Assembly (NCBI RefSeq): GCF_025464835.1
Contig: NZ_JAODMP010000096.1
Coordinates: 8,755-72,754, forward strand
DNA length: 64,000 nt
Reading direction: 5' to 3'
Origin: Mycetocola sp.
GTDB lineage: Bacteria; Actinomycetota; Actinomycetes; Actinomycetales; Microbacteriaceae
Shown in pieces: positions 35,010-42,363 of this stretch; position 1 is the first letter of the stretch; each line of letters starts with the position of its first letter. Below the pieces are notes generated by a model. That model ran no database searches. It was not told the origin of the DNA and saw only the letters and a program-made list of their open reading frames with translations. The translations under genes were made by a program, and so were the position numbers.

Positions 35010-35579
35010 ATGCCTTATACCGCCGACAAGCCGGAGCGCCGTGAGTCCAACGAAGAGCTACGCGCGCGCATCCCCGGCTGGGGTGCCGACCTCGACCCGG
35101 CGAACCGCCCAGCCGTGCCGAGGGAACGTTTCGATCCGGCCGCGACCGGCGCTCATTGGGACTTCCCCGAGCGCCAACCGGAGAAGTGGCCCCGTGAGCG
35201 GTCGATCGAACACAAGTTCCTCACCCCGGTGTTCGGAACCTCGACGCCGCCGAAGGGTGTGTCAGGGGCCATGCGGAAGTACGCGTACCGAAAGTACAGT
35301 GAGGCGCAGGCCGCCCACTGGCTGATCCTGCTGGCATCCGACCGGGTCGACGCCGTGGAAAGCCACCTCCGCTCCTTCGTGAGCCTGCGCCCTGACAACC
35401 CGGTGACCGAGACCGGAGTGCTCAGCGAATGGACTCGACACGGTTACTCCTCACGGGTGGGCCGCAGTCGCGGGGACCTGAAGCACCAGTGGATCGACCC
35501 GCTCCTGGTCGCCGGTCCCTGGATTGCGGCCGGCTGGCTGGCCTTCGCCGCCGTGAGGGTCGTAGCCAGGCGCCGCTGA
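35010..35579 (+). CDS. hypothetical protein with C-terminal TM segment
   Basis: The ATG at 35010 is preceded by a GGAGGGA RBS. 189 aa. The C-terminal hydrophobic segment is LLVAGPWIAAGWLAFAAV. No recognised domain. Confidence 0.6.
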   Translation: MPYTADKPERRESNEELRARIPGWGADLDPANRPAVPRERFDPAATGAHWDFPERQPEKWPRERSIEHKFLTPVFGTSTPPKGVSGAMRKYAYRKYSEAQAAHWLILLASDRVDAVESHLRSFVSLRPDNPVTETGVLSEWTRHGYSSRVGRSRGDLKHQWIDPLLVAGPWIAAGWLAFAAVRVVARRR

Positions 35580-35580
35580 A

Positions 35581-36456
35581 ATGGGCGCGGTGAAGAGTGC
35601 CGAGCGGCGGGCCAGGCGAGGCATCCCGTACGCTGAACCCGTGACGGACGGCGCGTTGATCGGTCCAGTGGATCCTCCGGAGCTGCACGTCATGACGTAC
35701 AACATCCGTCGACGGATGGCGCATACGACGCAGCACAGCCCCGATCTCTGGACTCGTCGGCGGCCGCACCTCCAGACACTCCTCCAGCGCGAGATGCCGA
35801 CGATCCTTGCGACGCAGGAGGGGCTCCCCGACCAGCTCGAGTTCATCAGCCAGGTGCTCGGCCCCGGCTACCGCCGGATCGGACGCGGGCGCAACGCCGA
35901 CGGTGACGGCGAGCAGTGTGCGATCTTCTTCGACACCCGCCGCCTGGCTCTCGATGACTGGACGCAAAGGGCGCTCTCGGACAGCCCGAACGTCCCCGGG
36001 TCCCGATCCTGGGGCAACATGCTGCCGCGGATCGTTGTTTCCGCCGACCTGACCGACGTCGCCACAGGCATCCGGTTCTCGGTCTTCAATACCCACTTCG
36101 ACCATTTCTCTCGCTCCTCGCGCGCCCGGTCGACGAAGATGCTCAACGACCTCGTCGAGGCGACGGATGTTCCAGCGATCGTTCTCGGCGACATGAACGC
36201 AGGAGTGCGCTCGGCTCCATACCGAATCCTCACCGGCGGTCTGCTGCGGGATGCCTGGACGACTGCTGAGCATCGCCTCACGCCCGCATGGGGAACCTAC
36301 TCGGGTTACCGGCGACCGAAGCAGGGCGGCAAACGCATCGACTGGCTCCTGGTCACCGGTTCGGTGACGGTTGAGGCGGTCGGGATCAATGCCGTCCGTT
36401 TCGAGGGTGCGGCGGCGTCTGATCATGAGCCTGTGCAGGCCCGCCTCACCCTGTGA
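35581..36456 (+). CDS. endonuclease/exonuclease/phosphatase (EEP) family protein
   Basis: 291 aa with the EEP motifs VMTYNIRR, ILATQEG, FNTHFDH, LGDMN, DWLLV and SDHEPV. Confidence 0.88.
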   Translation: MGAVKSAERRARRGIPYAEPVTDGALIGPVDPPELHVMTYNIRRRMAHTTQHSPDLWTRRRPHLQTLLQREMPTILATQEGLPDQLEFISQVLGPGYRRIGRGRNADGDGEQCAIFFDTRRLALDDWTQRALSDSPNVPGSRSWGNMLPRIVVSADLTDVATGIRFSVFNTHFDHFSRSSRARSTKMLNDLVEATDVPAIVLGDMNAGVRSAPYRILTGGLLRDAWTTAEHRLTPAWGTYSGYRRPKQGGKRIDWLLVTGSVTVEAVGINAVRFEGAAASDHEPVQARLTL

Positions 36457-36495
36457 GAACCGGTGCCTGCTGGGTGCACGGGATATTCTGTCGCA

Positions 36496-37104
36496 ATGAT
36501 CGAGACGTTCCTGCGGCCTCCTCGAGGGCCTGCCGAACTGGCGGCAGACGGCGTGCGGTTGCTCGGCGTGCTCAGCATCGTCGTCGCGTTCCTGGGCTGG
36601 TCAGCCCTGGACGTCGCGGTCTTCGCGCTGGGGCTGCTCGGTCTTGTGATCCCGCGGTTCCTCGGCATCCGCCCTTCGCTGGATGCTGCCTTCGGCGTCA
36701 CCGTTCTGGTGGCCGCATGGAGTGCGCTCCTCGACCTCTATCAAGCCGTCCCTCATTGGGACATCCTCGTTCACTTCACACTGAACGGCCTGATTGCCGT
36801 GGTCATCTACGTCCTCGCGATGCGGTGCGGTGTGATCCCCGATCCGGAAAGAAGCCAGGTACGCCTTGGTTCCATCGTCATCCTGACAACGGCATTCGGG
36901 CTCGCGGCCGGGGTGATCTGGGAGGTGGTCGAGTGGGTGGGCCACACCTACATCGATCAGACGATCTTCGTCGGATATACCGACACCATTGGCGACCTCG
37001 CCGCCGGCGGGCTCGGTTCGCTCCTGGCCGGTTTCGCCGGCCGATACCTGTCGGCGCGAAGCCGGTACGTTGCTGAAGCGCGGCCGGAGCGCGCGCCTCT
37101 GTGA
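36496..37104 (+). CDS. hypothetical integral membrane protein
   Basis: About 5 TM helices. The segment WDILVHFTLNGLIAVV...GVIWEVVEWVGHTYIDQTIFVGYTDTIGDLAAGGLGS has no confident family assignment. Confidence 0.6.
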   Translation: MIETFLRPPRGPAELAADGVRLLGVLSIVVAFLGWSALDVAVFALGLLGLVIPRFLGIRPSLDAAFGVTVLVAAWSALLDLYQAVPHWDILVHFTLNGLIAVVIYVLAMRCGVIPDPERSQVRLGSIVILTTAFGLAAGVIWEVVEWVGHTYIDQTIFVGYTDTIGDLAAGGLGSLLAGFAGRYLSARSRYVAEARPERAPL

Positions 37105-37237
37105 CCACGATTCCGGGCGGTGTTCGTAAACGCGGAGATTTGGCAGGGAGCGTGCCATTCGCGCCGCCAACGGCCGATTGCGGCGAGAATCCCCGAAGTT
37201 GGTGACCGCGCCTCAGCAGAAGCGCCGCGCGTATCGC

Positions 37238-37612
37238 CTAGGTAAGGGAGCCGACCACGAGCCCGACCGCGCTGGCCAGCACCGCGAGCACCAGCATCCC
37301 GACACTATTGACGAGCGCGATGCCGTAACGGCGGGCCTGGATCAACCGCACAGACTCGACGCTCGCGGTGCTGAACGTCGTGTAACCGCCGAGAAACCCG
37401 GAGCCGATGACGACGAACACGTCCGGCGGCACCAGAGCGGAGAGACCGAACCCGGTGACCAGCCCGAGCAGGAATGACCCGGAGACGTTGATGGCCAGGG
37501 TCTCGAGCGGGTATGCGGTCGCCCGCGATCGCAGCAACCCGTCAACCAGAAATCTCACAGCGGAACCGATCCCCCCGGCGAATGCCACCGCCACGAAGAC
37601 GACCGGCGTCAT
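37238..37612 (-). CDS. crcB: fluoride channel CrcB/Fluc
   Basis: 124 aa with LAINVSGSFLLGL...GFLGGYTTFSTAS. The ATG at 37612 overlaps the stop of the upstream crcB (ATGA). Confidence 0.9.
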   Translation of the reverse strand: MTPVVFVAVAFAGGIGSAVRFLVDGLLRSRATAYPLETLAINVSGSFLLGLVTGFGLSALVPPDVFVVIGSGFLGGYTTFSTASVESVRLIQARRYGIALVNSVGMLVLAVLASAVGLVVGSLT

Positions 37613-38067
37613 GCGCTGCCCGCCGTCGCGGCTCGGCGCACCGACCCGGCACCGACGATTCCTGCCCAGGACGCCGCCAACCCGAGCAGGAGCGTGCCCG
37701 CCGCGTAGAGGACGCCCGTGGCGACGTCGCCGGCGCCGAGGAGCAGGTCGGTGCCGGTGGCGAGCGCGCTGTAGGTCGTGAACCCGCCGAGGAACCCCGT
37801 ACCGGCGAAGAGACGGATGTTTCTGGCCCGGTCCGCGCCGGACTTCCCGTCGACGACGCCCTCGAGCAGGGCACCGAGGGCGAAAGCGCCAAAGACATTG
37901 ATGAGGAAGATGGACAGTGGGAAGGATCCGAGCGACGGGAGAGCGATACTCAGCCCCTCTCGCGCGGCGGTGCCTGATGCTCCGCCGAGCAGAACAAGTC
38001 CGATCAGCGCGGGCTGGAGGTGCGGCGGCCGGATCGGCGCGGGACGTGTGGGTGTGACGTTGCTCAC
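37609..38067 (-). CDS. crcB: fluoride channel CrcB/Fluc, second paralogue (heterodimer partner)
   Basis: It has FLINVFGAFALGAL...GFLGGFTTYSALA. The GTG at 38067 overlaps the USP stop (GTGA). An alternative GTG lies at 38082. Confidence 0.88.
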   Translation of the reverse strand: MSNVTPTRPAPIRPPHLQPALIGLVLLGGASGTAAREGLSIALPSLGSFPLSIFLINVFGAFALGALLEGVVDGKSGADRARNIRLFAGTGFLGGFTTYSALATGTDLLLGAGDVATGVLYAAGTLLLGLAASWAGIVGAGSVRRAATAGSA

Positions 38068-38570
38068 TTCCCAGTCTCCCACGGCGGCGGGGCGTTCGTA
38101 CGGGTTTCAGGGTTGGGCACGACCACGAGTGGCCTGTGCTGTCGGTGAGCCAGGTGGGCGGCGACCGAGCCGGTGAAGAACTCCTGCAGCGTGCCGCGGA
38201 ACCCGGGCGCTCGGGTTCCCACAACGATCATCAGTGCGTCGACGCGGTCAGCGAGTGCAGCAAGCTCGTGGCTCGGGTCCCCGACGAGCGGCTGGACGCT
38301 CCACCGGACGCCGGTGGGCTCGAGGATCGATGCGATCCGGTCGCGCAGCGACTCGTCGAAGATCTCGATGCGAAGGTCAGCGAGGTCTGGGTCGATCGGC
38401 ATCGACGTGAACCGGCCGTCCGTGAATCGTTCGACGACATACCGGCTGGGGTCGACTCGCGCGCAGACGAGCATCGCGTCGAATCTGGACGCGAATTCAG
38501 CAGCCTTTTCGAGCACATGACCCAACTGACGTGGCACGACCCCGACGAGGATTACATCAGGATCCGGCAT
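38064..38570 (-). CDS. universal stress protein (UspA family)
   Basis: The ATG at 38570 has an upstream GAGAGGGGA RBS. 168 aa with ILVGV...AAEFA...LVCARV...ALMIVVGTRAPGFRGTLQEFFTGSVAAHLAHRQHRPLVVVP. Confidence 0.85.
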   Translation of the reverse strand: MPDPDVILVGVVPRQLGHVLEKAAEFASRFDAMLVCARVDPSRYVVERFTDGRFTSMPIDPDLADLRIEIFDESLRDRIASILEPTGVRWSVQPLVGDPSHELAALADRVDALMIVVGTRAPGFRGTLQEFFTGSVAAHLAHRQHRPLVVVPNPETRTNAPPPWETGK

Positions 38571-38698
38571 CGGATTCCCCTCTCTGAACCGTCCGGCACC
38601 CGAGTCGGGAACCGAAGCGGCCCCATCGCAGCAGAATGCTGCGATGACAGAAGTGTTCCAGATATCGCCCACCGGCGGTAGCAGACGATGCTTCCCGC

Positions 38699-40042
38699 CT
38701 AGCCGGAGGTGGAGGTCTCATTACAGCATGCGGAGCCGGACTCCCCCACGGATGCCGTGGAGCAGACGCCCGTCTCGGGCAGGACCAGCTGGACCCGCCG
38801 CGCAGCACCGGGATTCCCGGCGAGTTCGTCAGCGATCGATCGGACCTGCTCGTATCCGGTCAGGAGCAGGAACGTCGGTGCACGCCCGTAACTCTTCATC
38901 CCGGCGATGAAGAAGTTGGGTTCGGGATGAGCGAGCTCGGCGACGCCGTGCGGGTCGACGGTGCCGCAACTGTGCAGGTTGGGGTCGATCAGCGGAGCCA
39001 GGGCCCGAGGAGCTTCCACGATCTCGTCGAGCGACAGCCGGATCTCACGAAGCATGTCGAGGTTCGGCCGGAAACCCGTGGCGTTGACCACCTGGTCGGT
39101 CTCGATCGAGACCGGCTCGCCCCGGCGCAGGCCCTCGACGAGAACACGGCCCCCCGCAGCAGGGTGAAGGTCGTGGATCTCGAAGGAGTCGATCAGCGAC
39201 ACCCGGCCTTGACGGACGAGGTCACGGGCGGAGCTTCCCAGGTGTCCGCGAGCTTCGAGTTCATCGTTCGCCGAGCCGAAAACACGCACGGGGCTGGTAC
39301 CGCGGATCGCCCAGCTGACGGTCGTGCCGTGATCCTGCCTGGCCAGCGCCGCGAGTTTGAGCAGGGTGTTGGCGGCGGAGTGCCCGGCTCCGACGACGAG
39401 GGTATTCTTGCCGGCGAATCGTGCCCGGTCGGCGCCGAGTACGTCCGGGAGGGCATGGCTGATGTTCTGCCGCACACTGTCGAGGTCGGTAGGCGTGAGC
39501 CCGCTGGCCGTCAGCCCGTTGGGCGTTCCGTACGTGCCCGATGTGTCGATCACGGCGCGGGCGAGCTGCTCGACCACGGCGCCGCCACGGCGGACGCGCA
39601 GGAGGAACGGAGTAGAACTGCGGCCGGTGGAGCGCGTGCGGTCCATGCCCGACCTGGACACATCGGTGACGGTGCTGCCGTATCGAATGCGCGAGGCGAG
39701 TTCCGGTGTCGCCGCCAGCGGCTGCAGATACTCCTCGACGAGCTCCCTGCCGTACGGCAGCTCTTTCGCCGCAGGTGCCTGCCAGCCGGATTTGTCGAGG
39801 AGGCGACCGGCCGCCTCGTCGACCAGGTACTGCCACGGCGAGAAGAGCCTTGTGTGCCCCCAGGTGAGAACGGATGCTCCCGCCGATTCCCCTGCTTCAA
39901 GGACGAGCGTTTCCACTCCGCGTTCGAGCAGCTGGGCGGCGGCGGCGAGCCCGACCGGCCCAGCGCCGATGACGACAACGGGGAGACCGTCCAGCTTGTG
40001 TGAGGCAGGAACGGTCAGAGACGGCAGTTCGGCGATGCTCAT
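38699..40042 (-). CDS. FAD/NAD(P)-binding oxidoreductase of the type linked to actinobacterial ars clusters (ArsO-like flavoprotein)
   Basis: The ATG at 40042 gives 447 aa. There are two dinucleotide-binding motifs, VVVIGAGPVGLAAAAQLLERG and TLVVGAGHSAANTLL. The C-terminal Cys-rich tail is GVCSTASVGESGSACC. An 8-nt gap separates it from arsC. Confidence 0.7.
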   Translation of the reverse strand: MSIAELPSLTVPASHKLDGLPVVVIGAGPVGLAAAAQLLERGVETLVLEAGESAGASVLTWGHTRLFSPWQYLVDEAAGRLLDKSGWQAPAAKELPYGRELVEEYLQPLAATPELASRIRYGSTVTDVSRSGMDRTRSTGRSSTPFLLRVRRGGAVVEQLARAVIDTSGTYGTPNGLTASGLTPTDLDSVRQNISHALPDVLGADRARFAGKNTLVVGAGHSAANTLLKLAALARQDHGTTVSWAIRGTSPVRVFGSANDELEARGHLGSSARDLVRQGRVSLIDSFEIHDLHPAAGGRVLVEGLRRGEPVSIETDQVVNATGFRPNLDMLREIRLSLDEIVEAPRALAPLIDPNLHSCGTVDPHGVAELAHPEPNFFIAGMKSYGRAPTFLLLTGYEQVRSIADELAGNPGAARRVQLVLPETGVCSTASVGESGSACCNETSTSG

Positions 40043-40049
40043 GGCCTGC

Positions 40050-40460
40050 TCACGCTTTCGCGGGGAGGATTTCGGAGAGCAGCTGTTCGATCCGCGCTCT
40101 GATGTCGTCACGGATCGGGCGAACCGCGTCGATGCCCTGGCCGGCCGGGTCGTCCAGTTCCCAATCCTCGTAGCGCTTCCCGGGGAAGATCGGGCAGGAG
40201 TCGCCGCACCCCATGGTGATGACGACGTCGGAGGCCTTGACCGCATCCGTGGTCAGGATCTTCGGGGTGTTGCCCGCAATGTCGATGCCCTCTTCGGCCA
40301 TGGCCTGCACGGCGACGGGGTTGATGTGATCCTTCGGCTCCGACCCGGCCGACAGGACCTCGACCTGCCCGCCGGAGAGGGCGGCCATGTAGCCCGCGGC
40401 CATCTGTGATCGGCCCGCGTTGTGCACGCAGACGAAGAGGACGGAGGGCTTCTCGCTCAT
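40050..40460 (-). CDS. arsC: arsenate reductase, low-molecular-weight phosphatase type
   Basis: The ATG at 40460 gives 136 aa. It has the CX5R P-loop VLFVCVHNAGRSQMA and a downstream Cys pair ITMGCGDSCP. Confidence 0.88.
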   Translation of the reverse strand: MSEKPSVLFVCVHNAGRSQMAAGYMAALSGGQVEVLSAGSEPKDHINPVAVQAMAEEGIDIAGNTPKILTTDAVKASDVVITMGCGDSCPIFPGKRYEDWELDDPAGQGIDAVRPIRDDIRARIEQLLSEILPAKA

Positions 40461-40510
40461 CGGGATTTCTCGACTTTCCTGCCACGCCGGGTCAGTTGAC
40501 CGGTGGTACA

Positions 40511-40561
40511 TTGATTGCTATCGATCTATAGTGTGAGTCAATACATCGATCGTTGTCAATC
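40511..40561. promoter_or_regulatory. AT-rich divergent promoter region with imperfect dyad (candidate ArsR operator)
   Basis: TTGATTGCTATCGAT (40511-40525) and ATCGATCGTTGTCAATC (40545-40561) form an imperfect inverted repeat (GATTG..ATCGAT / ATCGAT..CAATC). They lie in the 120-nt arsC / arsR spacer. Confidence 0.4.
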
Positions 40562-40580
40562 TATCGGGAGTTCGTTTTCC

Positions 40581-40931
40581 ATGCCGCTGACCGAATCGCT
40601 ACCGGTGGCGGACATCTCTGCCTGCTGCACGCCGATCACCCGGGAGCCGATGGACGCCGGTGGGGCCGAAATCCTTGCGAAGTCGCTCAAAGCCCTGGCA
40701 GACCCCGCACGGCTGCGTCTGCTTTCGCTCGTTGCATCGCATGAGGACTCCGAAGCCTGCGTCTGCGATCTCACCGAACCACTCGGACTCAGCCAGCCGA
40801 CTGTCTCGCACCATCTCAAGGTTCTCGTCGATGCCGGATATCTGGAGCGGGAGAAGCGGGGAACGTGGGCGTACTACAGCCTGACGCCGAACGCCCTTGA
40901 GTCGGTTTCAGCACTGATCGGCGGACTCTGA
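40581..40931 (+). CDS. arsR: ArsR/SmtB family metalloregulator
   Basis: The ATG at 40581 gives 116 aa. It has the HTH region LADPARLRLLSLVA...CVCDLTEPLGLSQPTVSHHLKVLVDAGYL. It carries both the classical CVC motif and an N-terminal Cys15-Cys16 pair (ISACCTPI). Confidence 0.92.
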   Translation: MPLTESLPVADISACCTPITREPMDAGGAEILAKSLKALADPARLRLLSLVASHEDSEACVCDLTEPLGLSQPTVSHHLKVLVDAGYLEREKRGTWAYYSLTPNALESVSALIGGL

Positions 40932-40964
40932 GAAGCGCCTTCGAGAGTCCGCAACGCACTCTGC

Positions 40965-41693
40965 TTGCATTCCCATAGGGGGTGTGTAAGCTCGACCCTC
41001 GTGTTCGGAAAAGTCAGGTCGGCGAGCGAAACTTCAACGCTCGTGGCATGGGTCGAGCCGGAATGGCCCGATACAGAGAGCGTCGATGGCGAGCGCTCCA
41101 CTGTTCCTTCTCGTTCGTCCTCCGGGACGGACTACGGTACGGCCCCAAATCGGGTACTCGTCCTCGGCGATGCCGATTCCACGTTCGAGGCGATCCTTCG
41201 GGAGCTGGCGCATCACGGTGTCGATGCGGTCCGGGCGCATGAAATCTCCGCGTGCGCGGCATCCCTGCACGAGAATAAGGCGACCGGCGTCGTCCTGACG
41301 ATCGATGCGGCGAGCCTGGCCGCGCGGTCCGCTCGCAAGGAGCTGGCGCAGTCGCTGTTCGGCACGCTCCGGCGCTTACTTCCCCTGCTCGCGCAGCCCG
41401 CGCAGGTCCTCGTCCTTGCCCGCGGTACGGATGTGTCGCAGAAGTCACGCATGGGCCGCGAGGTTCAGTCGGTGATCGCCAGGATCAGCGGGCAGGCGAC
41501 CAACGAATACGGCGTCAACCTCACGATCAACGCCGTCGACATCACCGGCGACGTCGATACTGCCTTGATCGCCCGCCGCGCGGCCGAACTCTTCGACGTT
41601 CGTGAAGAAGTGACGACAGGCGAACTGTTGGACTACACCGAGATCGAGGGGCAGACCATCGGCTGCGCCCTTGCACTCCGCTTCGTGTACTGA
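40965..41693 (+). CDS. hypothetical protein, weakly Rossmann/SDR-like (start uncertain)
   Basis: RVLVLGDADSTFEAILRELAHHGVDAV and GVNLTINAVDITGDVDT loosely recall SDR motifs, but the Gly-rich and catalytic motifs are not recognisable. Confidence 0.4.
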   Translation: MHSHRGCVSSTLVFGKVRSASETSTLVAWVEPEWPDTESVDGERSTVPSRSSSGTDYGTAPNRVLVLGDADSTFEAILRELAHHGVDAVRAHEISACAASLHENKATGVVLTIDAASLAARSARKELAQSLFGTLRRLLPLLAQPAQVLVLARGTDVSQKSRMGREVQSVIARISGQATNEYGVNLTINAVDITGDVDTALIARRAAELFDVREEVTTGELLDYTEIEGQTIGCALALRFVY

Positions 41694-41932
41694 TCACTCC
41701 GCCCTGTCGAGGGCGAGGCACCTTCGCGTTCCGGACGAAAACACGCGGCGTGCCACATGCCTTTGTCCGGGACGAGTGAACGCCCTCGTGCCACTTGGAG
41801 ATGAATTCGAGCTGATGGCCGGGTTGTCGGTGAAGCACAGGAGGCTCTTGCCGAGCGCGTGCGCTGGACCAGACCGAGAACGAGCGCGCAGAGAACCGCC
41901 ATCGCCTGAAGCCCCATCGGCCCGATCGGGTC

Positions 41933-42172
41933 TCAGGCGCTCGCCCTGCGCCCCTTGATGAAGTACGCGATCGGCCCGATCCAGTTCACCGCGATGATCG
42001 CCGCCCAGAGGCCCTTCGGGCCGTTGATTCGCTCGGCGGGCCGGCTCGCGAGATCCCGCCAGGCTGTCGTGGCCAGACCCAGCTGCACCAGACCTGTTCC
42101 GATCACGCCCGCCTTCTGACTCGCACTCATCCTGTCCCAGGTCAGCCGCTTCTTCGTCGATCGCTTCGTCAT
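41933..42172 (-). CDS. PLDc_N (cardiolipin synthase N-terminal-like) small membrane protein
   Basis: The ATG at 42172 gives 79 aa with two TM segments and the terminal motif WAAIIAVNWIGPIAYFIKGRR. Confidence 0.7.
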   Translation of the reverse strand: MTKRSTKKRLTWDRMSASQKAGVIGTGLVQLGLATTAWRDLASRPAERINGPKGLWAAIIAVNWIGPIAYFIKGRRASA

Positions 42173-42363
42173 TGTGGTTGCTCCGTCCTTGTGCTCAGGT
42201 GTCTCCTCGTTGATTCCAGCCTCCCGGCATCCGCCCGTCGGCACAACCGGGTAGTAAAGGCCGTCGAGTTAGGGCACGCCAGAACACCCCCTTCCCTTTC
42301 GGTCGTATTTGAGGTTTTATCGGCTTAGGCCGTACAGCCGGCCGCGTATCCTTCGAGGTGGTC

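Noticed and set aside
35422-36426. 334-aa minus-strand ORF
   Set aside because: It is antisense to the EEP-family gene and the preceding hypothetical gene. The translation is Arg/Pro-rich with no motifs.
37238-38224. 328-aa ORF-track version of crcB
   Set aside because: Only the last 124 codons are CrcB-like. The N-terminal 200 codons are Arg/Pro-rich and overlap the second crcB and the USP gene in another frame. The ATGA-coupled start at 37612 was chosen instead.
38068-38700. Search for a fluoride (crcB-motif) riboswitch upstream of the crcB pair
   Set aside because: There is no intergenic space before crcB, because it overlaps the USP gene. I could not recognise the motif by eye in the short region upstream of the USP gene. 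A covariance-model scan is needed to be certain.
38927-40003. 358-aa plus-strand ORF
   Set aside because: It is antisense to the ars-linked flavoprotein gene, whose two dinucleotide-binding motifs establish the real frame.
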